Part shown: one piece after another, positions 37,707-50,404 of the stretch
How the letters are laid out: every line of letters begins with the position of its first letter
Position numbering within the stretch: the stretch's first letter is position 1
Origin: a bacterium
Lineage (GTDB): Bacteria; Electryoneota; Electryoneia; Electryoneales; Electryoneaceae
DNA length: 64,000 nucleotides
Direction: 5' to 3'
Assembly (NCBI GenBank): GCA_963675295.2
Contig: CAXXKJ010000002.1
Span: forward strand, 1,120,001-1,184,000
Program-made: the position numbers and the translations under genes
Notes under the pieces: model-generated
Database searches by the model: none
What the model was told of the DNA's origin: nothing
Seen by the model: the letters and a program-made list of their open reading frames with translations, nothing else

Positions 37707-40700
37707 ATGCGTGTCGCTGCGAAACGAATCATCACCGGAATCACCATCCTGCTCCTGCTGCCGGTTGTGCTGGTGGTGGGCGCGCTGTTTTATCTCACCC
37801 TCCCGCCGGGTGAGGATTTTATCCGTGAGGAAGCGCAGACACGCCTCGCCGACCTGACCGGTCTCGACATTCAAATCGGGGATCTTGAGACCAACCTGTT
37901 TTCGTCTACGACGCTGTTCGACGTGCATGTCCGTCACCGTGAAATCGCGCCGGATCAGGACCTCGTCGCGTTCAGCCGGCTGAACGTGCAGTATGACCTG
38001 TTGCCGTTGATGAACAAGTGGATCCGAGTCGATTCGCTGGCGGTGGACAGCCTCGCGGCGCACCTGCTGAAGACACCGGACGGCCGTCTCAACCTGCCGG
38101 AGTTCCCCGCCGATACCACCGCGCCGGACACAGCGTCCGCGCCGTTTGTGTATGAAATCTCGCTGGGCGGAGCGCGTGTGCACCTGGCGGAGGCGACGTA
38201 CCGCGACGAAGAGTTGCCGCTCGACGCACGGTTGGACAGCCTCGTGCTGCACGCGCGCGGCTACCTTGGCGGACGCTACGACTACGAGCTGCTCTGGGAC
38301 CAGGTAAAAGTCGACACCGATGGCCGCGAGTTGCTGGTGCAGGACTTCCTGATGAACGGGCGGTTGGTCGATGAACAATTGCAGGTCGATTCGTTGAAGC
38401 TGGTTGTGCCGGGCGCGGAGTTGGCGGGTGAGGGCTCCGCCGAGATCGTGGCGGGCGAAGATTCGACGCAAACCATCGAGGCGGGTGTGCGGCTGAATGC
38501 CGACCTCGCATCACTGAGCCGGCAGTTCGACGATCTGCTCCCGGACGCAGTCAAGCCGCTGCACGGAGCTTTGCTCGTAGACGCGACGGTGGATGGTTCC
38601 GCCAGCGATCCGGTGTTTGTGCTGAATCTGCGCGGGCATCGTATCCGTGCCGGTGACTACCGGGTGAACGATCTCAAGCTCGGTGCACGGGGTTCGTTGA
38701 ATGAAGTGACGCTGGACGAGCTGCATGTGGAGACCTTCGGCGGCGACATCGACGCCACCGGTGCAATCACGCTCGACAGCCTGATGCAGCACAACCTGAC
38801 CCTGCGCCTGAGCGGAGTTGACATGGCGCAGCTGCAACGGACCTTCATGCCACCGCAGGCTGCGATGCCGGCCGATTCTCTGGCCGCGCTGCAACGGATC
38901 GAAGGCACCATCGGCGGAAAATTGACCTCCTCCGGGCCGTTGAGCCAGCCATGGTCATTACAGGCGGATGCGTCGATTGCGGCGAACGTGCAGGAACCGC
39001 GCGGACTGGTCGCCGAATACGCATTGGACGCGAAGTACGCGGACCATCGTGGATCGGTGACCTTCCGGCGGGGTGATACGGTGATCAACGCCGACGCCAC
39101 CATTGACACGAACGCCGTGGACGGCAGCTTCGAGATGGATGTGCCGCGTCTGGTTGAGCTGGCCGGGCCACTGGGTGTCGAGGGGCTGACGGGATCTTTG
39201 TCCGGCAACGGCCGGTTCCGTGGCAGCCTGAACAACCCCCAGATCACCGCGACAGTCAAGAGTTCCGGGATCATCTACCAGCACTTCCCGGTGGACAGCC
39301 TGCTGGCCGATGTCAGCTTCGACACGAGCGGACTGGTCATCAACGAATCCCATCTCTCCGGCGAAATTGCGCCGATCGACTCGAGCGCGGCACCGTTCGG
39401 GCTCAGCGACCTGCGCGGCAGCTTCCGGTACGAGGGCGCGGTCACCGGCAAGGTGCCGGATCTGCGTGGCTCGATAGACGTGCACGGCACAGCGCTCGGG
39501 TATGGCGATGTGGTCACCGATTCGCTCGAGGCCAGGGTTCGGATGCGCAACCAGCACGTCGAGCTGACCAAACTGCAGGTGTTCCGCGACGATCGCTGGA
39601 TCACGTTGCAGGGCAACTACGACCTCGAGAACTCCGACGGTGAGCTGGCGCTGTGGTTCAGCAGCGAACGCCGGGACCGCGAGGACGACGAGGACGATGA
39701 GGACGATGAGGAACGGGACACACCGTCTCGCCTGCAACGCTCGGGTCAGCTTGGTGATGGACGGCTGCGGTTGAACTTCGCTCTGCACGACAGCCAGCAA
39801 TTCAGGGTTGAGGGGACGGGTGGCCGGATCAACCTCGCAGACCTGCCGCGGGTTCATCCGGGGATGTCCGGCATCAGCGGCATGCTGGCGGCGGAACTGA
39901 TGTTTGAAGGCTCCGCAACGGACCCACATGGTATGGTTGAATTGACCCTCGACTCGCTGCGGGCGGCGGATTTCACGGTGGATACGTTGCAGGCGTCGGT
40001 CGATCTGGACACCGCCCGTGTCCAAACGGACCTACGCTTGATCATTCAGCAGTCGTCGCCGTTGACGGCTTCCGTCACGTTGCCGTTGGATCGCACGGCG
40101 ACCGGGTTGGCGGTGTCGGAAACCCGCAAGCTGAGCGCGGAGGTGGTGGGTGACGACGTTGACATCGCATTCCTCAACCAGGTGATGCCCGAGGGGATCA
40201 GTGTCGGCGGGCTGCTCAGCATTTCCTACCACGCCTCCGGATCTCTGACGAAACCGTTAATCCTCGGTGAAGTCAGTTTGGACAGCGCGCGTGTCGACCT
40301 TGGTGAGGGGAAACCCTCCATTGACGGCATCGTGGTCCGGGTGACGCAATACGACACCGTGTTGAGCATCGAGAAGATCAACGCCACCGCTCTGGACCAT
40401 TTCTTCCAGGTCGACGGCGAGGCGACACTGCGTGAGATGCGGGAAGTTTCCGCGCACACGGCATTGAAGGTGGACAACCAGGTTGCTCTGCGTCTGGAAG
40501 CCAAGTACACGCCCGAAGGGTATCACGCCGAGCTGGATCTGCCAAGCCTGCCGTTAAATATGGCTCAGCAGTTGAGCCCTGATATTACGGATTTCCAGGG
40601 CGTGTTGTCCGGTCACGCAACGATAGAGGGTGACACCAGTCTGCCGCGGGTCAAGGGTGAACTGAAGGGGCGGGGCATCCGTCTCGCGATGAGGCAGATG

Positions 40701-41825
40701 AACGACGTGTTGTATCACGGCAATTTTGCGTTGTCACTGGACAATGAAAGCGTGGTCATAGACACGTTACATGCGCGTTACGGCGATGACGGCAAGTTGA
40801 TTGTGGATGGCCGGATCGATCTGAAGGAAGATCACCCGTATTTCGCGCTGCGTGTGCGTGGTACAAACATCCACTACGAACAGGAAGATCTCGAGGTATC
40901 GCTGGACGGCATGACGCTGAACTTCAAGACCAACGAGCAGAATCGTCACGTGCTCAGCGGCGACATCCGTCTGGGAGAAACTCGCTACACCCGCGACTAT
41001 CGCATCGACACGATCATGCGTTCAATGGACGCGCAGCCGGTGCGTCAGATCCAGAAACCAAACGAAATTGCAGAGAATATCGACCTGGACGTGCGCCTCC
41101 GTGAAGCGGACAACCTGTGGGTCGACAACAACCTTGCCAAGATCCGGATGGACGCCAACATCGGTGTGATCGGCACGATCAACGACCCGATCATCACCGG
41201 GCGCGTCTCGCTGGATGAGGGGTATGTCATGTACCTCGACCGCAAGTTCAGCATCCAGGAAGGCGTGATTGATTTCGTTGACACGCGCGACATCAACCCG
41301 CACCTCAACATCATCGCGACCAGCAAGGTGATCGATTACGAGGAAGGTGAGCAGTACGAATACAACATCACGTTGATGATTACCGGCAATGCGAAGAGTG
41401 CAAAGATCGAGCTGACGTCCGATCCATACCTCGAACAGTCCAACATCCTTTCATTGCTGACATTCGGCACGCCGCATGCCGGCGAAACCGGTATCGGCAG
41501 TCAGGCGGGATCGTTGGCGGGAAGGGCGGTGTCCAGCTACGTCGGGTCGCGTGTCGGCAGCGCGATCGGGCTGGAGCAGGTGAGTGTGCAGGGGAACCTG
41601 TTCGCGCCGGAAGAGAGCGGTGCAACACTGCTCGCGACCAAGGAAATCTCGAACCGCGCAGAGATTACGTACATCACCAATGTGGACGGTTTTAACGAAA
41701 ACTCCATCCGCATCAGCTATTTCCTCACGAAGAACTGGACGATCACTGGCGAGACGAATCAGGAAGGTGAGGGTAGTGTCGATTTGAAGTTGAAGGTCCG
41801 TTGGAACGAGATCCGCTGGAAATGA
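37707..41825 (+). CDS. tamB: Translocation/assembly module TamB-like protein
   Basis: N-terminal TM anchor, long beta-taco repeats, DUF490-like C-terminus; adjacent to Omp85 gene. Confidence 0.85.
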   Translation: MRVAAKRIITGITILLLLPVVLVVGALFYLTLPPGEDFIREEAQTRLADLTGLDIQIGDLETNLFSSTTLFDVHVRHREIAPDQDLVAFSRLNVQYDLLPLMNKWIRVDSLAVDSLAAHLLKTPDGRLNLPEFPADTTAPDTASAPFVYEISLGGARVHLAEATYRDEELPLDARLDSLVLHARGYLGGRYDYELLWDQVKVDTDGRELLVQDFLMNGRLVDEQLQVDSLKLVVPGAELAGEGSAEIVAGEDSTQTIEAGVRLNADLASLSRQFDDLLPDAVKPLHGALLVDATVDGSASDPVFVLNLRGHRIRAGDYRVNDLKLGARGSLNEVTLDELHVETFGGDIDATGAITLDSLMQHNLTLRLSGVDMAQLQRTFMPPQAAMPADSLAALQRIEGTIGGKLTSSGPLSQPWSLQADASIAANVQEPRGLVAEYALDAKYADHRGSVTFRRGDTVINADATIDTNAVDGSFEMDVPRLVELAGPLGVEGLTGSLSGNGRFRGSLNNPQITATVKSSGIIYQHFPVDSLLADVSFDTSGLVINESHLSGEIAPIDSSAAPFGLSDLRGSFRYEGAVTGKVPDLRGSIDVHGTALGYGDVVTDSLEARVRMRNQHVELTKLQVFRDDRWITLQGNYDLENSDGELALWFSSERRDREDDEDDEDDEERDTPSRLQRSGQLGDGRLRLNFALHDSQQFRVEGTGGRINLADLPRVHPGMSGISGMLAAELMFEGSATDPHGMVELTLDSLRAADFTVDTLQASVDLDTARVQTDLRLIIQQSSPLTASVTLPLDRTATGLAVSETRKLSAEVVGDDVDIAFLNQVMPEGISVGGLLSISYHASGSLTKPLILGEVSLDSARVDLGEGKPSIDGIVVRVTQYDTVLSIEKINATALDHFFQVDGEATLREMREVSAHTALKVDNQVALRLEAKYTPEGYHAELDLPSLPLNMAQQLSPDITDFQGVLSGHATIEGDTSLPRVKGELKGRGIRLAMRQMNDVLYHGNFALSLDNESVVIDTLHARYGDDGKLIVDGRIDLKEDHPYFALRVRGTNIHYEQEDLEVSLDGMTLNFKTNEQNRHVLSGDIRLGETRYTRDYRIDTIMRSMDAQPVRQIQKPNEIAENIDLDVRLREADNLWVDNNLAKIRMDANIGVIGTINDPIITGRVSLDEGYVMYLDRKFSIQEGVIDFVDTRDINPHLNIIATSKVIDYEEGEQYEYNITLMITGNAKSAKIELTSDPYLEQSNILSLLTFGTPHAGETGIGSQAGSLAGRAVSSYVGSRVGSAIGLEQVSVQGNLFAPEESGATLLATKEISNRAEITYITNVDGFNENSIRISYFLTKNWTITGETNQEGEGSVDLKLKVRWNEIRWK

Positions 41826-43648
41826 CAAACTCCCGTCACATAGCGCCCGTTGTCCTGTTGCTCGGCCTGCTGCTGAGTGTGCTCACGCCGCACACCCTGC
41901 ATGCGAAAGACGACGGCAAGAAAGACAAAATCCTCGTCAGCAAGGTCGATTTCGTCGGCAACGAAAATGTCGGCAGTTCCGACCTGTTGCCGGTGATGAT
42001 CATGCGTCCGACCGGCATCTTCGGCTTCTTCAACGATGTGGAATATGATCAGCGCACGCTGGAGGAAGATCTTGGTTACATCGAGCTCTACTATCAGCAG
42101 CATGGCTGGTTGGAAGCGAAAGTGCTGAACCACAATGTCGAGATCGACTCCGCGGATCATGAGGCGAAGATCACGATCACGCTGGAGGAAGGGCCGCGTA
42201 CGTACGTCACCGACGTGATGCCGATCGGGAACGAGGCGTTCAGCGACGAATTCCTGCTCGACCAGTTTGACATCAAGCCGGGCGATCCGTTGAACCGGGT
42301 CAAGAATCGCGCGGGGTCGGAGCGTATCGCGCGCCGTTATGCGGAGCAAGGTTATCTCGAGGCCAGCGTCAATCCGGCGGTGATGGTCGACAAGCAGAAC
42401 CAGGAAGCGTTCATCGACCTTTCGGTCACGGAAGGCACGCAGTTCAAGGTCGGGCAGATTGTGATGTCCGGCTTCAAGAATACAAAATCGTTAGTCGTGC
42501 GGCGTGAATTGACCTTCAACAGCGGTGAAATTCTTGACTATTCCGCGTTGGCAACGACGCAGCGCAACCTTTACGAAACCAGCCTTTTCCGCAGCGTCTT
42601 TGTCCGGCAGGAAGAGAGCATTGTCGGTGATTCGACGAGCAAAGACGTGCTGATCGAGGTGGTGGAGAAGCCGCCGATCCTGTTCACGTCGTCCGTTGGA
42701 TATGCAACGCTGGAGAAACTGCGAGGACGTGTCGGTGTGCGCAACGAGAACATCTTCGGCACTGGCCGCGCGGCGGGTGTGGAAACGTGGCTCAGCTTCA
42801 TCGACCGCGGTGTCGAGCTGTCGTACAAGGAACCGTGGACGCTTGGGTTTCACTGGACGACGGACGTCACATTGACCGGTGAGTTCCGTGACGAACCCAG
42901 CTATGACTACACCCGCTACCAGGGCAAGGTTGCGCTCAGCCGCAGGGTGTTCCAGCGCGGTTTCTTCACCGTGTCGTACCGTCATGAGAACGCCGAGTAC
43001 ACCAACATCGACGTGCTCGATTTCGACGAAGAAACCAGCCCGCGCATCCGTTCGCTGAGCCAGACGCTGAGTTACGATACACGCAACGACCCGTTCAGCC
43101 CGACGAAGGGCTGGTTCGGCAGCGTGGTCAACGAATACGCGCTGAAATTTCTCGGCAGTACGAACGAATTCTTCAAGACCCGTGTCAATTACCGCGTCTT
43201 CTACCCGTTGCGTCGGGGAACAGTGCTCGCGACCAACATCGAAGGTGGTTGGGTCGACGCCGGCGGCGGGTTGGGCGATATTCCGCTGAGCGAACGTCTT
43301 TACGCCGGCGGGCCGAACGTGTTGCGTGGGTTCCCGTACCGCAGCCTCGGCCCGGTGGACAAGGACGATGGCACGCCGCTCGGTGGGCGGGCAAAGCTGG
43401 TGTGGAACGTGCTGGAAATCCGCCAGCACCTCTGGCGCTGGTTCGGGGCGGTGGCGTTCTACGACGTGGGGAACGTGTTCGAACAAACGGATGTGCTGCG
43501 TTTCGACGATTTGCGGCACAGTCCGGGGGTGGGATTGCGGTTCACGACACCGATCGGCTTGTTCCGTCTCGACTACGGCTTCAACATCTTCCCGAAAGCC
43601 GGAGAAGATCCCGGAGCCTTCCAGATTTCCATCGGGAACGCGTTCTGA
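41822..43648 (+). CDS. Omp85 family (TamA/BamA-like) outer membrane protein with 3 POTRA domains
   Basis: POTRA repeats; YAGG...LRGF; G.G.R..TPIG..R.DYG; terminal F. Confidence 0.9.
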   Translation: MTNSRHIAPVVLLLGLLLSVLTPHTLHAKDDGKKDKILVSKVDFVGNENVGSSDLLPVMIMRPTGIFGFFNDVEYDQRTLEEDLGYIELYYQQHGWLEAKVLNHNVEIDSADHEAKITITLEEGPRTYVTDVMPIGNEAFSDEFLLDQFDIKPGDPLNRVKNRAGSERIARRYAEQGYLEASVNPAVMVDKQNQEAFIDLSVTEGTQFKVGQIVMSGFKNTKSLVVRRELTFNSGEILDYSALATTQRNLYETSLFRSVFVRQEESIVGDSTSKDVLIEVVEKPPILFTSSVGYATLEKLRGRVGVRNENIFGTGRAAGVETWLSFIDRGVELSYKEPWTLGFHWTTDVTLTGEFRDEPSYDYTRYQGKVALSRRVFQRGFFTVSYRHENAEYTNIDVLDFDEETSPRIRSLSQTLSYDTRNDPFSPTKGWFGSVVNEYALKFLGSTNEFFKTRVNYRVFYPLRRGTVLATNIEGGWVDAGGGLGDIPLSERLYAGGPNVLRGFPYRSLGPVDKDDGTPLGGRAKLVWNVLEIRQHLWRWFGAVAFYDVGNVFEQTDVLRFDDLRHSPGVGLRFTTPIGLFRLDYGFNIFPKAGEDPGAFQISIGNAF

Positions 43649-43654
43649 TCACAC

Positions 43655-44605
43655 TCAGATCAGTACAAACACGGTATACAGGTTGATCCGGAAACGGGTA
43701 TCGTAGGGGTTGGAATCGTTCGTGTGGATGTACTCCGCGTACTCGTGGTTGTAGCCTGCGATGTAACGGTAGCTGCCGTCCGCTTCCACGCCGATTGACC
43801 AATCCTTCCTGATCGGGTGTTCGAAGTTCAGGCGCAGATCCAGCCCCATCACCTGCCCGACACGCAGCACCGCCTGTGTATGCAGCCCGTATTTCGTCGG
43901 CCAGCCGGTAAAATGCAGTGCGCCGTACACGCCGTGCATGCTGATACCCCAGTCCTTGACACGGGGAGTTTCCACGAACCACTGCGAAATGCGGTATACT
44001 TCCGGCCAGTTGATCTCGCTGTAGTAATAGCCGATTTCGTAGGTCAGGTCATGCTTGTTCGTCTCGGACATGTAGCCGATTTCGATGTCGCGCATCTCGT
44101 TGGTGACGTACAGCGTGGAGTCTGATCCGGGGGTGGGGTTGATCAGGGTCGCGTCGAAGCGTTCGACACGATAGCGCACCGAGAAGGATTCGAGCATGGT
44201 GACCCAGGTGGACGCCCGCACATACGGAACAATCCGCACGACATCCGGGATCACTTCGTAATAGCCTTCCGACTCGGAGGTGTAGCCGAAGTTTGTTTCA
44301 AGCCGCAGGCTCGGCACATTGATGATATCGAACATCTCGCCGAGGTGAAACAGCGGATGGTTCAACGCCAGCTCGATGTAAAACAGGTTGCGGCCGTAAT
44401 CGTCCAGTTCATACGGTTCCAGCCCGGCGGGCACCCAAACGTTTGCCATGTAGCCACTGCGGAGGATGAGTTCTGGCCGTCCGCCGGGAAAACCGACATG
44501 CTTTTCGTCCATCGTTTCTTCCTGCGCCTGTGCCGGGGCAAACCCGCAGGCGAGGGCTAACAGGCTTAGCAGCGCTGCCATACGGGCAGATCTAGTAGCA
44601 GTCAT
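43655..44605 (-). CDS. Hypothetical exported protein, probable beta-barrel; paralog A
   Basis: Signal peptide; strong similarity to 44809-45777; start uncertain. Confidence 0.7.
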   Translation of the reverse strand: MTATRSARMAALLSLLALACGFAPAQAQEETMDEKHVGFPGGRPELILRSGYMANVWVPAGLEPYELDDYGRNLFYIELALNHPLFHLGEMFDIINVPSLRLETNFGYTSESEGYYEVIPDVVRIVPYVRASTWVTMLESFSVRYRVERFDATLINPTPGSDSTLYVTNEMRDIEIGYMSETNKHDLTYEIGYYYSEINWPEVYRISQWFVETPRVKDWGISMHGVYGALHFTGWPTKYGLHTQAVLRVGQVMGLDLRLNFEHPIRKDWSIGVEADGSYRYIAGYNHEYAEYIHTNDSNPYDTRFRINLYTVFVLI

Positions 44606-44808
44606 GATGGAATGTCGCATAATCATAGCAGTGAGAACATCGTATACAAGGTGAACCGGTAGCGAACATCTTACTGAGGCCAGCAACAAAATCAGCAGGA
44701 GAACGGATGTCGTCCGTTCAGCATTGAGCCGCCCTCGCTCATTTCAGGCGAATCCGGTACTCGTATGTATTGTCCGGCCGTCCAATTGAACGGCGATCCA
44801 ACAATCGG

Positions 44809-45777
44809 CTACATCAACACCAGGACGGTGTAGAGTGTCATCATATAGCGTACATCGCGCGGGTTTTCCGCACGCATCTGATAATCGAACTGACCGTCGT
44901 TCTTGAAGCCTTCGAGGCTGCGCAGGCTGGCCTCCAGTTGCACCCCGAGAAACCACGACTTCAACAGTTCCTGTTCGAACCGAACCCTCGCGTCCACACC
45001 CGTGATATCGCCCACCCGCAGCAGGAACTGGCTGTGCACCGGCCACACGTGCGGAATCGGACGCGTGATGATACCGGCGTACACACCCTGGGCTTCGAAT
45101 TCTTCCTGGATCAGGAGGCTGAACGAGTCAAACCCCTCCTGGTTGTAGTTGATCACCATCGGCCAGTTCATTGTACTAAAGTACATCCCCAGCTCGAACA
45201 TCGTCTCGTTGATCTCGCCGCCCGGCGACCCGATCAGTCCGATCTCGAGGTCGGACATGCGGTTGCTGATCGTACGGAAGGGAACGATGACGGACGGGTT
45301 GCCGTGCTCGTCCAGTCCGAAATCGCGTGGATCGATAATGGTCGCCTGAAAACGTTCCTCGCGAAAGCGGAAGGAAAACCACTCCCAGAACGTGAGCCAG
45401 CCGGAGGCGCGTATATATGGATTGTTGCGGATGGAGTGGGGGATCAGTTCTTCAAAGCCACTGTTGCTTGCGGAATAGCCGAGGTTGGATTCGATGCGCA
45501 GCCGTGGGATCTGGAGCAGGTCGAATGCTTCGCCCGCGATCAGCAGAGGATGCACAATCGCCAGCTCCGCGTACAGCATCTCGCGGCCATAGTTGTCAAC
45601 TTCGTATGGGTCGAGGCCGTAAGGGGTCCATCTCGTGCCGGTATATCCGGCGCGAAGTTCGAGAGTAAAGGGCCCGCCGAAAAAGCCATCTTTGTCATCA
45701 CCGTTGTCATCCGCGAGCACGCCCAACGGAAGCAACAGGCTTGTCACCAGCAGCAAACTGATTGTGGCTCGATGCAT
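44809..45777 (-). CDS. Hypothetical exported protein, probable beta-barrel; paralog B
   Basis: Signal peptide; shared W.P.GL.PYE.D.YGR, ELA..HPL, PY.RAS.W motifs. Confidence 0.75.
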   Translation of the reverse strand: MHRATISLLLVTSLLLPLGVLADDNGDDKDGFFGGPFTLELRAGYTGTRWTPYGLDPYEVDNYGREMLYAELAIVHPLLIAGEAFDLLQIPRLRIESNLGYSASNSGFEELIPHSIRNNPYIRASGWLTFWEWFSFRFREERFQATIIDPRDFGLDEHGNPSVIVPFRTISNRMSDLEIGLIGSPGGEINETMFELGMYFSTMNWPMVINYNQEGFDSFSLLIQEEFEAQGVYAGIITRPIPHVWPVHSQFLLRVGDITGVDARVRFEQELLKSWFLGVQLEASLRSLEGFKNDGQFDYQMRAENPRDVRYMMTLYTVLVLM

Positions 45778-45892
45778 GATTTACCCACGTGACCCGTCCA
45801 TTATACTAAGCTAATTGGATTTCGTTCCGCTCTCAAATGGAGCGCAGGGTAAACGACGCGTCATTATCGCACCTGAACTTGAGTGGATTACC

Positions 45893-46639
45893 ATGCAATA
45901 CACCGCACCGATTGTTTCCGGAACACTTGTCAAGCGGTACAAACGTTTTCTTGCTGATGTCGAGGTGGACGGAGAAGTCCTCACCGTACACTGCCCGAAC
46001 TCCGGTTCGATGGCGGGCTTGCTGGACGATGGAAACCCGGTCCGCATCTCCGGGCCGCACGGCGGCAAACGGAAACTGTTGTACACGCTCGAGCAGATTC
46101 GGATCACCCGTCCGGATGGGACAGCGTTGTGGGTCGGAGTCAACACAGGCGTACCTAACAAAATCGTCCGCGAGCTGGCGGAGGCAGGCGAACTGCCCGG
46201 GTTCGAGGACTGCACGGCTGTCCGCAGTGAGGTCAAGCTGGGTGAACACAGCCGGATCGACCTTAAGCTGGAGTTCGCCGAGGGTCCAGACGCCTGGGTC
46301 GAGGTGAAGAATTGCACCATGGTGCAGGAGGATGTGACGGACAAGGCGTCGGTGAATGTAGGCTCGGTCGCGACGTTCCCGGACGCCGTTACCTCGCGCG
46401 GATTGAAGCACCTCGACGAGTTGATCGGACGGGTGCAGGCGGGCGAACGCGCGGCGGTGGTGTTCACCGTGCAACGCAACGATGCCGACCGGTTTGCGCC
46501 GGCGGTGGCGTATGATCCGGCATACACGAAGCGGTTCCACGAGGCGAAGGAGATCGGTGTGCGGATGATTCCGTTGCCGACGGATGTGCGTGCGGACGGA
46601 GTGACTCTCGGTAACCAGCCTTTGCCGGTGATCGTCTAG
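45893..46639 (+). CDS. sfsA: DNA/RNA nuclease SfsA
   Basis: KRYKRFLADV, HCPNSGSM, SRID, VEVK, FPDAVTSRG.KHL. Confidence 0.95.
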   Translation: MQYTAPIVSGTLVKRYKRFLADVEVDGEVLTVHCPNSGSMAGLLDDGNPVRISGPHGGKRKLLYTLEQIRITRPDGTALWVGVNTGVPNKIVRELAEAGELPGFEDCTAVRSEVKLGEHSRIDLKLEFAEGPDAWVEVKNCTMVQEDVTDKASVNVGSVATFPDAVTSRGLKHLDELIGRVQAGERAAVVFTVQRNDADRFAPAVAYDPAYTKRFHEAKEIGVRMIPLPTDVRADGVTLGNQPLPVIV

Positions 46640-46661
46640 TCGCGTACAATCCGCCAGCAAT

Positions 46662-46752
46662 AAACTAGGGACAGACCCATATAAACTTGTTGTCAGTAAA
46701 CGGTTTCAGCGGTTTTTCCGGATTACGATTAATAGGGGTCTGTCCCTAGTTT
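46662..46752. repeat. REP-like inverted repeat (GGGACAGACCC family)
   Basis: AAACTAGGGACAGACCC ... GGGTCTGTCCCTAGTTT, 17-bp arms. Confidence 0.8.
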
Positions 46753-46900
46753 TATGATACTTATTTCACAAGATTGAGCAGGGTGGGAACAGTCGCATGG
46801 ATGGCCCGGACGCCTCGGAGTCGCGGCATCTTTGGGTTGGGCTTTGGCCAATTCGTTGCTACTCTCCCATGCGTGAATCAGGGAACAAGCTGGAACGACG

Positions 46901-47506
46901 ATGACTCAGCAGGATCAACAGAAACGGATACTGGACGCGGCGTTACGGCGTTTCGCCAAGTACGGCGTCGCGATTACGGATCTGGAAGATGTCGCCCGGG
47001 ATTCCGGGGTTACGGTTGGTGTTGTGCGCGGGTTGTACGGCGACCGCGACACGTTGCTGCGGGAGGTGGTGACCGAAACCACTGACCCGATGGTCGCGGC
47101 GATCTCGATGATTAGCGAGGAAGAGGACGATCCACGCGAGTGGCTGCGCAAGTCGCTGGAGATGTACGAACAGCTGATGCAGCAGAATCCGCTCTACCTG
47201 AAGCTGGTGCAACGCATCATGCTGCAGGAGCCCGATACGCTGAAGCGGATGTACGACACGAACTTCGTCCCATCCGAATTTTACGAGCGGCTGACGAAAT
47301 TCGCGGAGGAGGGCGTGTTCCGTCTCAAGGATCCGTTCTTCATCGGCCTGTTCATCGACTGCATGCTGATCTTCCCGCACATGCTCGGTTCGATGATCGG
47401 CGACTACTTCCCGGGTGTCAGCAACGAAGAGTTCCAGGAGAAGAAGCTGACGGCGATGATCGACCTGCTCGAGAACGGCTTGTACAGCGATCAGGCGTCG
47501 TCCTGA
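46901..47506 (+). CDS. TetR/AcrR family regulator
   Basis: RILDAALRRFAKYG...T.LEDVARDSGV. Confidence 0.8.
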   Translation: MTQQDQQKRILDAALRRFAKYGVAITDLEDVARDSGVTVGVVRGLYGDRDTLLREVVTETTDPMVAAISMISEEEDDPREWLRKSLEMYEQLMQQNPLYLKLVQRIMLQEPDTLKRMYDTNFVPSEFYERLTKFAEEGVFRLKDPFFIGLFIDCMLIFPHMLGSMIGDYFPGVSNEEFQEKKLTAMIDLLENGLYSDQASS

Positions 47507-48489
47507 CCGTTCCCACCCACGTCCTGAACGATGAAGAAGCCATCACGGCCTTCATTCTGATACAATGGCAGGAAGATCCGGCCTGACACCGCGGAGGTGA
47601 TCGGGCCGTTTCTGTCTTCGGCCAGAATTTCACCCGCATTGATCGGCTGGAAGTTGGCATAGCCGGGCCGCATGCGGAAATTGTCGCCAGGCTGGATCAC
47701 GTGATGGTGGATCACCTCTACCGGCGGGTGGGTAGCGCTTGCCGGTTGCAACTCGGCGTTCCGGGCACGCACTCGCAGTGGGATTCGGTCCCATTCGATC
47801 ATCCCGGCGGTGCTCAGAGCCTGCCAGATGCTTGTCTCGTGAATGTCCACCGAATCGGCCTGCAGATGGGACCCGGCCTCGAAGGCGAGCGACGCCCAGC
47901 CCAGTTCGCTGGTGTGTTTGACCAGCATGCCGTCCAGGTAGTCGGTCACCTTGCGAACCTCGATTGCGCCGATGTTGCGAACGATGTCGCGCGCACGGCC
48001 ATTGCCGGCGTGCGCGATGAACGGCGCGCTGGCGGCGGAGGTCGTGTGCAGGTCGAGCAGGAAGCGTTGGTCGGCGTTCGTGGATTCGCTCAGTGCATCG
48101 AGGATGGAACGCAGCTCAAACAGTTGCTCCTGCTCGATACTGCGTGGGCCGTTGGTGAGGATCGTGTCCACATTTTCCCGTGTCCAGATGCGGTTCAGGT
48201 CTTCATCGATGAGACGCAGGCGGGCTTCGTAGGCGGGTACGTTCCCGATAACCGCAGTCAGGCTACCGCGGAAGGGAATGGTGCCTCTGCGCAGGGAGTG
48301 CAGCACACGCATGGCGGCATCGCCACCGGAGATCTCATTGCCGTGCAGGCAGGCGACGATGAGCACGGCCGGTCCGGGTTCGCCGGTGTCGTGATAGCCC
48401 AGCAGACGGTGCCGCATGGATTGCAGCCAAACGGGCGGTTCAAGTGTAGGTTGCGCATCCAATCCGGCGTCCTCGGTCCTGACCAACAA
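47491..48489 (-). CDS. Succinylglutamate desuccinylase/aspartoacylase (M14) family hydrolase
   Basis: HGNE, DLNR, LDLH, FEAG, PGYANFQ, DGFF. Confidence 0.88.
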   Translation of the reverse strand: MLVRTEDAGLDAQPTLEPPVWLQSMRHRLLGYHDTGEPGPAVLIVACLHGNEISGGDAAMRVLHSLRRGTIPFRGSLTAVIGNVPAYEARLRLIDEDLNRIWTRENVDTILTNGPRSIEQEQLFELRSILDALSESTNADQRFLLDLHTTSAASAPFIAHAGNGRARDIVRNIGAIEVRKVTDYLDGMLVKHTSELGWASLAFEAGSHLQADSVDIHETSIWQALSTAGMIEWDRIPLRVRARNAELQPASATHPPVEVIHHHVIQPGDNFRMRPGYANFQPINAGEILAEDRNGPITSAVSGRIFLPLYQNEGRDGFFIVQDVGGNGQDDA

Positions 48490-48493
48490 CGTG

Positions 48494-50404
<1,911 letters not shown>

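Noticed and set aside
37497-38471. N-terminal extension making an 801-aa ALDH fusion
   Set aside because: It overlaps tamB antisense; the ALDH domain starts cleanly at ATG37496.
39681-39710. 9-bp repeat encoding EDDEDDEDDE in TamB
   Set aside because: In-frame low-complexity loop; no evidence of a switch function.
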